DNA from: a virus
Lineage: Duplodnaviria > Heunggongvirae > Uroviricota > Caudoviricetes
Virus record (IMG/VR): IMGVR_UViG_2541047931_000001
DNA: 31,165 nucleotides
Direction: 5' to 3' (one strand)
Below are positions 21,241 to 30,941 of the stretch, in pieces. Below the pieces are notes generated by a model that saw nothing but the letters and a program-made list of their open reading frames with translations, was not told where the DNA came from and did no database searches. Numbering within the stretch: the first letter of the stretch is position 1; the number at the start of each line of letters is the position of its first letter. A program made the position numbers and the translations under genes.

Positions 21241-21566
21241 AGACCTTCCGCTGGAAAGTGAAACCCGGTATGGATGTGGCTTCGGTCCCTTCTGTAAGAA
21301 AGGTGCGCTTTGGTGATGGCTATTCCCAGCGAGCGCCTGCCGGGCTGAACGCTGACCTGAAAACGTACAGCGTGACGCTTTCTGTTCCCCGTTGGGAGGC
21401 CACGGCGCTTGAGTCGTTTCTGGCTGAGCACGGGGGCTGGAAATCCTTTCTGTGGACGCCGCCTTATGAGTGGCGGCAGATAAAGGTGACCTGCGCAAAA
21501 TGGTCGTCGCGGGTCAGTATGCTGCGTGTTGAGTTCAGCGCAGAGTTTGAACAGGTGGTGAACTGA
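21237..21566 (+). CDS. M: Tail tip protein M, 109 aa
   Basis: Size and position as lambda gpM. Confidence 0.9.
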   Translation: MKTFRWKVKPGMDVASVPSVRKVRFGDGYSQRAPAGLNADLKTYSVTLSVPRWEATALESFLAEHGGWKSFLWTPPYEWRQIKVTCAKWSSRVSMLRVEFSAEFEQVVN

Positions 21567-22264
21567 TGCAGGATATCCGGCAGGAAACACTGAATGAATG
21601 CACCCGTGCGGAGCAGTCGGCCAGCGTGGTGCTCTGGGAAATCGATCTGACAGAGGTCGGTGGAGAACGTTATTTTTTCTGTAATGAGCAGAACGAAAAA
21701 GGTGAGCCGGTTACCTGGCAGGGGCGGCAGTATCAGGCATACCCCATTCAGGGGACGGGATTTGAACTGAATGGCAAGGGCAGTGCTGCCCGTCCGACAC
21801 TGACGGTTTCTAACCTGCACGGCATGGTCACCGGGATGGCGGAAGACCTGCAGAGTCTGGTCGGCGGAACGGTGGTCAGGCGTAAGGTTTACGCCCGTTT
21901 TCTGGATGCGGTGAACTTCGTCAACGGAAACAGAGACGCCGATCCGGAGCAGGAGGTGATCAGCCACTGGCGCATCGAGCAGTGCAGCGAACTGAGCGCG
22001 GTCAGTGCCTCCTTTGTACTGGCCACGTCGACGGAAACGGACGGCGCTGTTTTTCCGGGACGTATCATGCTGGCCAACACCTGCACCTGGACCTATCGCG
22101 GCGATGAGTGCGGTTATCACGGTCCGGCGGTCGCGGATGAATATGACCAGCCAACGTCCGATATCACGAAGGATAAATGCAGCAAATGCCTGAGCGGATG
22201 TAAGTTCCGCAATAACGTCGGTAACTTTGGCGGCTTCCTTTCCATTAACAAACTTTCGCAGTAA
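21566..22264 (+). CDS. L: Tail tip protein L, 232 aa
   Basis: Size and position as lambda gpL; Cys-rich C-terminus. Confidence 0.9.
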   Translation: MQDIRQETLNECTRAEQSASVVLWEIDLTEVGGERYFFCNEQNEKGEPVTWQGRQYQAYPIQGTGFELNGKGSAARPTLTVSNLHGMVTGMAEDLQSLVGGTVVRRKVYARFLDAVNFVNGNRDADPEQEVISHWRIEQCSELSAVSASFVLATSTETDGAVFPGRIMLANTCTWTYRGDECGYHGPAVADEYDQPTSDITKDKCSKCLSGCKFRNNVGNFGGFLSINKLSQ

Positions 22265-22268
22265 ACCC

Positions 22269-23012
22269 ATGACAGAGACAGAATCAGCGATTCTGGCGCA
22301 CGCCCGGCGATGTGCGCCAGCGGAGTCGTGCGGCTTCGTGGTGAGAACGCCGGAAGGGGAAAGATATTTTCCCTGTGTGAATATCTCCGGTAAGCCGGAG
22401 GCGTATTTCAGGCTGTCGCCGGAAGACTGGCTGCAGGCAGAAATGCAGGGTGAGATTGTGGCGCTGGTCCACAGCCACCCCGGTGGTCTGCCCTGGCTGA
22501 GTGAGGCCGACCGGCGGCTGCAGGTGCAGAGTGATTTGCCGTGGTGGCTGGTCTGCCGGGGGACGATTCATAAGTTCCGCTGTGTGCCGCATCTCACCGG
22601 GCGGCGCTTTGAGCACGGGGTGACGGACTGTTACACGCTGTTCCGGGATGCTTATCATCTGGCGGGGATTGAGATGCCGGATTTTCATCGCGGGGATGAC
22701 TGGTGGCGTAACGGTCAGAATCTCTATCTGGATAATCTGGAGGCCACGGGGCTGTATCAGGTGCCGTTGTCATCAGCACAACCGGGCGATGTGCTGTTGT
22801 GCTGTTTTGGTTCATCGGTGCCGAATCATGCCGCCATTTACTGTGGTGACGGCGAGCTGCTGCACCATATTCCTGAACAACTGAGCAAACGAGAGAGGTA
22901 TACCGACAAATGGCAGCGACGCACACACTCCCTCTGGCGTCACCGGGCATGGCACGCATCTGCCTTTACGGGGATTTACAACGATTTGGTCGCCGCATCG
23001 ATCTGCGTGTGA
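22269..23012 (+). CDS. K: Tail tip assembly protein K, JAB/MPN plus NlpC/P60 peptidase domains
   Basis: MTETESAILAHARRCAPAESCGFVV..., JAMM-like HSHPGG...SEADR motif, and a C-terminal Cys/His cluster. Start is uncertain: TTG at 22227 or an internal ATG at 22443 are alternatives. Confidence 0.7.
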   Translation: MTETESAILAHARRCAPAESCGFVVRTPEGERYFPCVNISGKPEAYFRLSPEDWLQAEMQGEIVALVHSHPGGLPWLSEADRRLQVQSDLPWWLVCRGTIHKFRCVPHLTGRRFEHGVTDCYTLFRDAYHLAGIEMPDFHRGDDWWRNGQNLYLDNLEATGLYQVPLSSAQPGDVLLCCFGSSVPNHAAIYCGDGELLHHIPEQLSKRERYTDKWQRRTHSLWRHRAWHASAFTGIYNDLVAASICV

Positions 23013-23581
23013 AAACGGGAGCCGAAGCCATCCGGGCGCTGGCCACACAGCTCCCGGCGTTTCGTCAGAAACTGAGCGACGGCTGGTATCAGGTACGGAT
23101 TGCCGGGCAGGATGTCAGCACGTCCGGATTAACGGCGCAGTTACATGAGACTCTGCCTGATGGCGCTGTGATTCATATTGTTCCCAGAGTCGCCGGGGCC
23201 AAGTCAGGTGGCGTATTCCAGATTGTCCTGGGGGCTGCCGCCATTGCCGGATCATTCTTTACCGCCGGGGCCACCCTTGCAGCATGGGGGGCAGCCATTG
23301 GGGCCGGTGGTATGACCGGCATCCTGTTTTCTCTCGGTGCCAGTATGGTGCTCGGTGGTGTGGCGCAGATGCTGGCACCGAAAGCCAGAACTCCCCGTAC
23401 ACAGACAACGGATAACGGCAAACAGAACACCTATTTCTCCTCACTGGATAACATGGTTGCCCAGGGCAATGTTCTGCCGGTTCTGTACGGTGAAATGCGC
23501 GTGGGGTCGCGGGTGGTCTCTCAGGAGATCAGCACGGCAGACGAAGGGGATGGTGGTCAGGTTGTGGTGATTGGTCGCTGA
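22910..23581 (+). CDS. I: Tail tip assembly protein I, 223 aa
   Basis: Size and position as lambda gpI; overlaps the K 3' end by about 100 bp as in lambda. Confidence 0.9.
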   Translation: MAATHTLPLASPGMARICLYGDLQRFGRRIDLRVKTGAEAIRALATQLPAFRQKLSDGWYQVRIAGQDVSTSGLTAQLHETLPDGAVIHIVPRVAGAKSGGVFQIVLGAAAIAGSFFTAGATLAAWGAAIGAGGMTGILFSLGASMVLGGVAQMLAPKARTPRTQTTDNGKQNTYFSSLDNMVAQGNVLPVLYGEMRVGSRVVSQEISTADEGDGGQVVVIGR

Positions 23582-23641
23582 TGCAAAATGTTTTATGTGA
23601 AACCGCCTGCGGGCGGTTTTGTCGTTTCTGGAGCGTGAGGA

Positions 23642-26600
23642 ATGGGTAAAGGCAGCAGTAAGGGGCATACCCCGCGCGAAGCGAAGGACAACCTGAAATC
23701 ATCCCAGATGCTGAGCGTGATAGACGCCATCAGTGAAGGGCCGATTGAAGGTCCGGTGGACGGATTAAAAAGTGTGCTGCTGAACAGTACGCCAGTGCTG
23801 GACAGTGAGGGGAATACCAATATCTCCGGCGTCACGGTGGTGTTCCGGGCAGGTGAGCAGGAGCAGACACCGCCGGAGGGGTTTGAATCCTCCGGCTCCG
23901 AGACGGTGCTGGGTACGGAAGTGAAGTACGACACGCCGATTACCCGGACCATCACGTCTGCAAACATCGACCGTCTGCGCTTTACCTTCGGTGTGCAGGC
24001 ACTGGTGGAAACCACCTCAAAGGGTGACAGGAATCCGTCGGAAGTCCGTCTGCTGGTTCAGATACAGCGTAACGGTGGCTGGGTGACGGAAAAAGACATC
24101 ACCATTAAGGGCAAAACCACGTCGCAGTATCTGGCCTCGGTGGTGGTGGATAACCTGCCGCCGCGCCCGTTTAATATCCGGATGCGCAGGATGACGCCGG
24201 ACAGCACCACAGACCAGCTGCAGAACAAAACGCTCTGGTCGTCATACACAGAAATCATCGATGTGAAACAGTGCTACCCGAACACGGCACTGGTCGGCGT
24301 GCAGGTGGACTCGGAGCAGTTCGGCAGCCAGCAGGTGAGCCGTAATTATCATCTTCGCGGGCGCATTCTGCAGGTGCCGTCGAACTATAACCCGCAGACG
24401 CGGCAATACAGCGGTATCTGGGACGGAACGTTTAAGCCAGCATACAGCAATAACATGGCCTGGTGTCTGTGGGATATGCTGACCCATCCACGCTACGGCA
24501 TGGGGAAACGTCTTGGTGCGGCGGATGTGGACAAATGGGCGCTGTATGTCATCGGCCAGTACTGCGACCAGTCAGTGCCGGACGGCTTTGGCGGCACGGA
24601 GCCGCGCATCACCTGTAATGCGTACCTGACCACACAGCGCAAGGCGTGGGATGTGCTCAGTGATTTCTGCTCGGCGATGCGCTGTATGCCGGTATGGAAC
24701 GGGCAGACGCTGACGTTCGTGCAGGACCGGCCGTCGGATAAGGTGTGGACCTATAACCGCAGTAATGTGGTGATGCCGGATGATGGCGCGCCGTTCCGCT
24801 ACAGCTTCAGCGCCCTCAAGGACCGCCATAATGCCGTTGAGGTGAACTGGATTGACCCGGATAACGGCTGGGAGACGGCGACAGAGCTTGTGGAGGACAC
24901 GCAGGCCATTGCCCGTTACGGTCGTAACGTCACGAAGATGGATGCGTTTGGCTGTACCAGTCGGGGGCAGGCGCACCGAGCCGGGCTGTGGCTGATTAAA
25001 ACAGAACTGCTGGAAACGCAGACCGTGGACTTCAGCGTGGGTGCCGAAGGGCTTCGCCATGTACCGGGCGATGTCATTGAAATCTGCGATGATGACTATG
25101 CGGGCATCAGCACCGGTGGGCGCGTGCTGGCGGTGAACAGCCAGACGCGGACACTGACGCTCGACCGTGAAATCACGCTGCCAGCCTCCGGCACCACGCT
25201 GATAAGCCTGGTTGACGGGCAGGGGAGTCCGGTCAGCGTGGAGGTTCAGTCCGTCACCGACGGCGTGAAGGTAAAAGTGAGCCGGGTTCCTGACGGTGTT
25301 GCTGAATACAGCGTGTGGGGGCTTAAGCTGCCGACGCTGCGCCAGCGCCTGTTCCGCTGCGTGAGTATCCGTGAGAACGACGACGGCACGTATGCCATCA
25401 CTGCCGTGCAGCATGTGCCGGAGAAAGAGGCCATCGTGGATAACGGGGCGCACTTTGACGGTGACCAGAGCGGCACGGTGAATGGTGTCACGCCGCCAGC
25501 AGTGCAGCATCTGACCGCCGAAGTCACTGCAGACAGCGGGGAATATCAGGTGCTGGCGCGATGGGACACGCCGAAGGTGGTGAAGGGTGTGAGCTTTATG
25601 CTTCGCCTGACTGTGGCAGCAGACGACGGCAGTGAGCGGCTGGTCAGCACGGCCCGGACGACGGAAACCACATACCGCTTCACGCAACTGGCGCTGGGAA
25701 ACTACAGGCTGACAGTCCGGGCGGCAAATGCCTGGGGGCAGCAGGGCGATCCGGCATCGGTATCGTTCCGGATTGCCGCACCGGCAGCACCGTCGCGGAT
25801 TGAGCTGACGCCGGGCTATTTTCAGATAACCGCAACGCCGCATCTTGCCGTTTATGATCCGACGGTACAGTTTGAGTTCTGGTTCTCGGAAAAGCGGATT
25901 GCGGATATCAGGCAGGTTGAAACCACAGCCCGCTATCTTGGTACGGCGCTGTACTGGATAGCTGCCAGTATCAATATCAAACCGGGCCATGATTATTATT
26001 TTTACGTTCGCAGTGTGAACACCGTCGGCAAATCGGCATTCGTGGAGGCTGTTGGTCAGCCGAGTGATGATGCATCCGGTTATCTGGATTTTTTCAAAGG
26101 CGAGATAGGGAAAACCCATCTGGCTCAGGAGCTGTGGACGCAGATTGATAACGGTCAGCTTGCGCCTGACCTGGCTGAAATCAGGACGTCCATTACGCAT
26201 GTCAGCAATGAAATCACGCAGACCGTCAATAAGAAACTGGAAGACCAGAGTGCGGCAATTCAGCAGATACAGAAGGTTCAGGTTGATACAAATAATAACC
26301 TGAACAGCATGTGGGCTGTGAAGCTGCAGCAGATGCAGGACGGACGCCTTTATATCGCGGGTATTGGTGCCGGTATTGAGAACACCCCTGACGGCATGCA
26401 GAGTCAGGTGCTGCTGGCGGCGGACAGGATTGCGATGGTTAATCCTGCGAATGGCAACACAAAACCGATGTTTGTTGGTCAGGGCGATCAGATATTCATG
26501 AACGACGTGTTCCTGAAACGCCTGACGGCCCCGACCATTACCAGTGGTGGAAATCCACCGGCATTTTCCCTGACACCGGACGGAAAGCTGACCGCTAAAA

Positions 26601-27139
26601 ATGCGGATATCAGTGGCAGTGTGAATGCGAACGCCGGGACGCTCAACAATGTCACGGTAAATGAAAACTGTACGATTAAGGGCATGCTGGAGGCGACTCA
26701 GGTCAGAGGTGACTTCGTTAAAGCTGTATCCAAATCATTTCCGAAACAGGCTGGTACGTGGGGTAACACGGAAACACCAAACGGGACGGTTACAGTCACC
26801 ATCAGCGATGATCATAACTTTGACCGTCAAATCATTATTCCGCCCATTATCTTTAACGGAATAGCGTATAGCGATCCGGGAAGTGGTAATAACCCGGGAG
26901 GTACAAGATACACGGGTTATGGTTTTGAAGTTCGCAAAAACGGTGTATTAATCGCATCCAGAGAAACTAAAGGGGCCATTCCCGGTAGCTACAGTGCGGT
27001 TATTGATATGCCGAGTGGCAGGGGAAGCGTCACTCTGGAGTTTAAGGTTTTCCATAAAGGCAATCAGCGGGCAGGTAATATCACCGACTGTACGGTGATT
27101 GTGACCAAAAAAGCCGCTTCCGGCATCAGTATTCGTTGA
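23642..27139 (+). CDS. J: Central tail fibre / host-specificity protein J, 1165 aa
   Basis: [37 protein letters not shown]... matches lambda gpJ; 33 aa longer than lambda J. Confidence 0.95.
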   Translation: MGKGSSKGHTPREAKDNLKSSQMLSVIDAISEGPIEGPVDGLKSVLLNSTPVLDSEGNTNISGVTVVFRAGEQEQTPPEGFESSGSETVLGTEVKYDTPITRTITSANIDRLRFTFGVQALVETTSKGDRNPSEVRLLVQIQRNGGWVTEKDITIKGKTTSQYLASVVVDNLPPRPFNIRMRRMTPDSTTDQLQNKTLWSSYTEIIDVKQCYPNTALVGVQVDSEQFGSQQVSRNYHLRGRILQVPSNYNPQTRQYSGIWDGTFKPAYSNNMAWCLWDMLTHPRYGMGKRLGAADVDKWALYVIGQYCDQSVPDGFGGTEPRITCNAYLTTQRKAWDVLSDFCSAMRCMPVWNGQTLTFVQDRPSDKVWTYNRSNVVMPDDGAPFRYSFSALKDRHNAVEVNWIDPDNGWETATELVEDTQAIARYGRNVTKMDAFGCTSRGQAHRAGLWLIKTELLETQTVDFSVGAEGLRHVPGDVIEICDDDYAGISTGGRVLAVNSQTRTLTLDREITLPASGTTLISLVDGQGSPVSVEVQSVTDGVKVKVSRVPDGVAEYSVWGLKLPTLRQRLFRCVSIRENDDGTYAITAVQHVPEKEAIVDNGAHFDGDQSGTVNGVTPPAVQHLTAEVTADSGEYQVLARWDTPKVVKGVSFMLRLTVAADDGSERLVSTARTTETTYRFTQLALGNYRLTVRAANAWGQQGDPASVSFRIAAPAAPSRIELTPGYFQITATPHLAVYDPTVQFEFWFSEKRIADIRQVETTARYLGTALYWIAASINIKPGHDYYFYVRSVNTVGKSAFVEAVGQPSDDASGYLDFFKGEIGKTHLAQELWTQIDNGQLAPDLAEIRTSITHVSNEITQTVNKKLEDQSAAIQQIQKVQVDTNNNLNSMWAVKLQQMQDGRLYIAGIGAGIENTPDGMQSQVLLAADRIAMVNPANGNTKPMFVGQGDQIFMNDVFLKRLTAPTITSGGNPPAFSLTPDGKLTAKNADISGSVNANAGTLNNVTVNENCTIKGMLEATQVRGDFVKAVSKSFPKQAGTWGNTETPNGTVTVTISDDHNFDRQIIIPPIIFNGIAYSDPGSGNNPGGTRYTGYGFEVRKNGVLIASRETKGAIPGSYSAVIDMPSGRGSVTLEFKVFHKGNQRAGNITDCTVIVTKKAASGISIR

Positions 27140-27157
27140 AATTGTTATAACCCATAT

Positions 27158-27186
27158 AAGGGCACCAGAAATGGTGCCTTTTTTAT
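27158..27186 (+). terminator. Intrinsic terminator after J
   Basis: aagggcacc agaaat ggtgcctt followed by ttttatt. Confidence 0.55.
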
Positions 27187-27208
27187 TGCAGAAAAGCGAG
27201 AGGTAATT

Positions 27209-27808
27209 ATGCGTAAACTTTATGCCGCCATTTTGTCCGCAGCCATTTGTCTGGCCGTATCCGGTGCGCCTGCATGGGCATCTGAACATCAGTCCACGCT
27301 GAGCGCGGGGTATCTTCATGCCTCGACGAACGTTCCCGGCAGCGATAATCTGAACGGGATTAACGTGAAATACCGTTATGAATTTACGGACACGCTGGGG
27401 CTGGTGACGTCATTCAGTTATGCCAATGCCAAAGATGAGCAAAAAACGCATTACAGCGATACCCGCTGGCATGAAGATTCAGTGCGTAACCGCTGGTTCA
27501 GCATGATGGCGGGGCCATCTGTACGCGTGAATGAATGGTTCAGTGCTTATGCGATGGCAGGTATGGCTTACAGCCGTGTTTCGACGTTCTCCGGGGATTA
27601 TCTCCGCGTAACTGACAACAAGGGGAAAACGCACGATGTGCTGACCGGAAGTGATGACGGTCGCCACAGCAACACGTCTCTGGCGTGGGGAGCTGGCGTG
27701 CAGTTTAACCCGACCGAATCCGTGGCCATTGATATTGCTTATGAAGGCTCCGGCAGTGGTGACTGGCGCACTGACGGTTTCATCGTGGGTGTCGGTTATA
27801 AGTTCTGA
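27209..27808 (+). CDS. lom: Outer-membrane protein Lom (Ail/Lom family), 199 aa
   Basis: Signal peptide MRKLYAAILSAAICLAVSGAPAWA, beta-barrel-like alternating pattern, C-terminal ...GVGYKF. Position after J as in lambda. Confidence 0.9.
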   Translation: MRKLYAAILSAAICLAVSGAPAWASEHQSTLSAGYLHASTNVPGSDNLNGINVKYRYEFTDTLGLVTSFSYANAKDEQKTHYSDTRWHEDSVRNRWFSMMAGPSVRVNEWFSAYAMAGMAYSRVSTFSGDYLRVTDNKGKTHDVLTGSDDGRHSNTSLAWGAGVQFNPTESVAIDIAYEGSGSGDWRTDGFIVGVGYKF

Positions 27809-27835
27809 TTAGCCAGGTAACACAGTGTTATGACA

Positions 27836-27862
27836 GCCCGCCGGTTCAGGCGGGCTTTTTTG
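27836..27862 (+). terminator. Intrinsic terminator after lom
   Basis: agcccgcc ggttcag gcgggct followed by ttttttg. Confidence 0.55.
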
Positions 27863-27872
27863 TGGAGTGGAT

Positions 27873-30221
27873 ATGGCAGCAGTAAAAATCTCAGGTGTGC
27901 TGAAAGATGGTGCGGGAAAACCAATACAGAACTGCACTATTCAACTGAAGGCAAAGCGTAACAGCACCACGGTACTGGTGAACACGGTGGCCTCTGAAAA
28001 TCCGGATGAAGCCGGGCGTTACAGCATGGATGTCGAGTATGGCCAGTACAGCGTCACCCTGCTGGTTGAAGGTTTTCCGCCTTCACATGCCGGAACCATT
28101 ACCGTCTATGAAGGTTCCAGACCTGGTACGCTGAATGATTTTCTCGGTGCCATGACGGAAGATGATGTCATGCCGGAGGCATTGCGTCGTTTTGAGGCAA
28201 TGGTGGAAGAAGCAGCACGCAACGCTGAAGCCGCCTCTCAGAGCGCAGCGGCAGCAAAGAAATCAGAAACAGCAGCGGCATCATCGAAGAACGCGGCGAA
28301 AACCTCAGAAACGAATGCAGCTAACAGCGCACAGGCGGCAGCGGCCTCGCAGACTGCATCGGCAAACTCCGCGACAGCAGCTAAAAAATCAGAAAACAAC
28401 GCGAAAAATAGCGAGACAGCAGCAAAGACGAGCGAAACCAACGCAAAGTCCAGCCAGGCGGCAGCGAAAACAAGCGAAACGAATGCCAAAACCAGTGAAA
28501 CTGCGGCGAAAAGCAGTCAGGCTGCAGCAGCCGAAAGCGAGAGTGCGGCAGCCGGTTCTGCGACTTCAGCAGCTGGATCAGCAACTGCTGCAGCTAACAG
28601 CCAGAAAGCAGCGAAGACGAGCGAAACTAACGCAAAGTCCAGCCAGACGGCAGCGAAGACCAGCGAAACGAATGCCAAAGCCAGCGAAACTGCGGCGAAA
28701 AACAGTCAGGATGCAGCGGCCCAAAGCGAGAGTGCCGCAGCTGGTTCTGCAAGTGCGGCGGCTTCTTCTGCCACTGCATCAGCCAACAGTCAAAAAGCTG
28801 CAAAAACCAGTGAAACCAACGCAAAGGCGAGCGAGACTGCGGCGGCTAACTCGGCGAAAGCATCCGCTGCAAGCCAGATGGCTGCAAAAGCAAGTGAAGA
28901 CGCAGCCAGAGAGTATGCAAGCCAGGCAGCAGAGCCGTATAAATATGTCTTACAGCCACTGCCTGATGTGTGGATACCGTTTAACGATTCACTGGATATG
29001 CTTGCTGGCTTTTCGCCTGGTTATAAGCAAATAACTGTAGGTGATGATGTTATTAAAATGCCATCCGATAAGGTTGTTAGCTTCAAACGCGCATCAGGTG
29101 CAACATACATTAATAAATCAGGTGTATTAACCGTTGCTGAAGTTGACGAACCGCGATTTGAACGAGAAGGTTTGCTGATTGAAGGACAGAGAACAAACTA
29201 TTTCAGAAATTCAAATACACCAGAAGCATGGAATAACACGGGTAGTGTGTCTGTTGAGTCGTTCGACAGTGATAAGGGGTTTAACTATGGAAGGATAACT
29301 GTTATTAATGAAAATCCGACAGCACAAGGATATCAGGCAATTGCTGTAAACACGAATGATGCTTACACCTGCCCGGCAGGTTCTTATACGACGATATCGT
29401 GTCTGACGAAAAGTGATAATTCCCGGTGTCGTGCAAGGTTCGGAAAAATGTCTGATAATGGTGCGTTTGTTTTTCATTCAGATGCAGCTCTGGATCCTGT
29501 TACGGGAAATGTTGTTCATGGAAATAATGTGACGGTGACGGCAGAAAGAGTCGGTGAATGGTGGTTGTTTACCGCCACTCTTTTTGCAGATGCGGAAATG
29601 ATAATCAGCTCAAGATTTGAAATCCTGGCGATGCCTGGAATCAGTATTATCCCCAATGGCTCTACGTTAGATATTGCGATGCCTCAGGCGGAGATTGGGT
29701 CGTACAGGACGTCATTTATCATTACTGAAGGGGCTCCTGGCACTCGCTCCAGCGACATGGTGACAATACCTGTAAGAAACAATATTCACCGATTACCATT
29801 CAGTGCTCTTGTTGAAGTTAATAAAAACTGGGATATCCCTCCCAGCAAATCACCATTAATCTTTAATGTTAAAGATTATCAGGAAAATGGTCTGTTCACG
29901 CATGGATTCCGTGGTAATAATTTCTCTGATGCCGGTTCTCCTTTTATTTCTATGGGAGGGTGTAATAAATATGTGGCAACAACCCAGAGGAAAATCATTT
30001 CAGGCTTCCGTTGTGGCGCTGATGGAGATGTTCAGGCCGTATGTAATGGTGAATTATCTGTTGCGGCAAAAACAACATGGACTTCAATTGTTCCACGGGC
30101 AGTATTGCGAATTGGAGGGCAGGGCACTAATGGGGAGTATCATCTTTTTGGTCATATCCGTAATCTGCGTATCTGGCATAAAGAATTAACTGATGCGCAA
30201 ATGGGGGAGAGTATTAAATGA
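27873..30221 (+). CDS. stf: Side tail fibre, lambda Stf-like N-terminus, Ala/Ser/Thr-rich fibre repeats, distinct C-terminal domain, about 782 aa
   Basis: MAAVKISGVLKDGAGKPIQNCTIQLKAKRNSTTVLVNTVASENPDEAGRYSMDVEYGQYSV... resembles the lambda Stf N-terminus. GGAG lies 5 nt upstream of the ATG at 27873; the ORF-track start at 27867 is GTG. The C-terminal ~400 aa is non-lambda and ends ...GEYHLFGHIRNLRIWHKELTDAQMGESIK. Confidence 0.8.
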   Translation: MAAVKISGVLKDGAGKPIQNCTIQLKAKRNSTTVLVNTVASENPDEAGRYSMDVEYGQYSVTLLVEGFPPSHAGTITVYEGSRPGTLNDFLGAMTEDDVMPEALRRFEAMVEEAARNAEAASQSAAAAKKSETAAASSKNAAKTSETNAANSAQAAAASQTASANSATAAKKSENNAKNSETAAKTSETNAKSSQAAAKTSETNAKTSETAAKSSQAAAAESESAAAGSATSAAGSATAAANSQKAAKTSETNAKSSQTAAKTSETNAKASETAAKNSQDAAAQSESAAAGSASAAASSATASANSQKAAKTSETNAKASETAAANSAKASAASQMAAKASEDAAREYASQAAEPYKYVLQPLPDVWIPFNDSLDMLAGFSPGYKQITVGDDVIKMPSDKVVSFKRASGATYINKSGVLTVAEVDEPRFEREGLLIEGQRTNYFRNSNTPEAWNNTGSVSVESFDSDKGFNYGRITVINENPTAQGYQAIAVNTNDAYTCPAGSYTTISCLTKSDNSRCRARFGKMSDNGAFVFHSDAALDPVTGNVVHGNNVTVTAERVGEWWLFTATLFADAEMIISSRFEILAMPGISIIPNGSTLDIAMPQAEIGSYRTSFIITEGAPGTRSSDMVTIPVRNNIHRLPFSALVEVNKNWDIPPSKSPLIFNVKDYQENGLFTHGFRGNNFSDAGSPFISMGGCNKYVATTQRKIISGFRCGADGDVQAVCNGELSVAAKTTWTSIVPRAVLRIGGQGTNGEYHLFGHIRNLRIWHKELTDAQMGESIK
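28418..28870 (+). repeat. About 2.4 tandem copies of a 189-bp (63-aa) repeat within stf
   Basis: aagacgagcgaaac(c/t)aacgcaaagtccagccag recurs with a 189-bp period (near 28424, 28613, and diverged at 28802); encodes the ...AAKTSETNAK(S/A)S... fibre repeats. Confidence 0.7.
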
Positions 30222-30499
30222 AAGATTTAACACTCAAATTTGCAGACAGGGCCGACTTTTCGGCCTTTATGGAGAGTATTGGCTATTATGATGACGAGTC
30301 GATGCAGGATGATATTCTTATTGACGTGATAGGTAACGTGTACAAAGAAACCGGAGAACTGACTGAAGATGGCGAACCGGTATGTGTTAAGGAAGACGGA
30401 TATTTTGTAAACGTGCGCATCATTAATGATGCAAAAAAATCGTCAATATTCGATAAATACGCGGTTGTTGTTGAGCATCAACTTCGTGGCTGGATGTGA
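30218..30499 (+). CDS. Hypothetical acidic protein, 93 aa, translationally coupled to stf
   Basis: ATGA overlap with the stf stop; no recognisable motif. Confidence 0.4.
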   Translation: MKDLTLKFADRADFSAFMESIGYYDDESMQDDILIDVIGNVYKETGELTEDGEPVCVKEDGYFVNVRIINDAKKSSIFDKYAVVVEHQLRGWM

Positions 30500-30508
30500 G
30501 GGAGACAA

Positions 30509-30940
30509 ATGGCTACATCGACAGTAATTCCAGGAGATATCACCACGCTAAAGGGAGATGTCAGTAAAACTAAGGAAGATATTTCCTCAATTAACGGAAA
30601 AGTATCAACGCTTCAGACTGATATGACCAGTGCAAAGCAGGATATCAGCACCAGATACACAAAAACTGAAGTTGATAATAAGCTGAAAAACAAACTGGAA
30701 GTGAACGATCTGGAAAGCGGTCGTTATGGTGGAGATTTTTACCCGTTGACTGGCCGTGAAGCGTTTTATTTGTGGGGATTGGGCACGACTACAGCGGCGG
30801 CAAACCTTTATCTTAATCCTGACCCCGCAATTTCGTCTGTGCTGCGGTCAACATCGTCTATCCGCTATAAACATTCAGTAGAGACAATAGATTCAGAGCA
30901 CGCTGATCTCATTTTCAGGATGCGCCCTGTGTGGTACAGG
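30509..30940 (+). pseudogene. Fibre/spike-like ORF truncated by the IS2 insertion
   Basis: GAGGGAG SD; a coiled-coil-like N-terminus, then SSIRYKHSVETIDSEHADLIFRMRPVWYR, which resembles the start of a peptidase-S74-type intramolecular chaperone domain. The frame continues into IS2 terminal sequence at 30942 and stops shortly after. Confidence 0.5.
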
Positions 30941-30941
30941 T

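Noticed and set aside
24572-26200. 542-aa antisense ORF inside J; similarly 8728-9609 inside A, 19574-20385 inside H, 21464-22270 inside L, 14341-14892 inside E
   Set aside because: They lie antisense to conserved lambda structural genes and are Arg/His/Pro-rich, as expected for open frames in GC-rich coding DNA. No RBS support.
28162-29034. 290-aa highly basic (Arg/Lys/Gln-rich) ORF on the plus strand, and small minus-strand ORFs (28238-28824), within stf
   Set aside because: Alternative-frame readings of the low-complexity GCN-rich fibre-repeat DNA; they overlap the real stf frame and have no start context.
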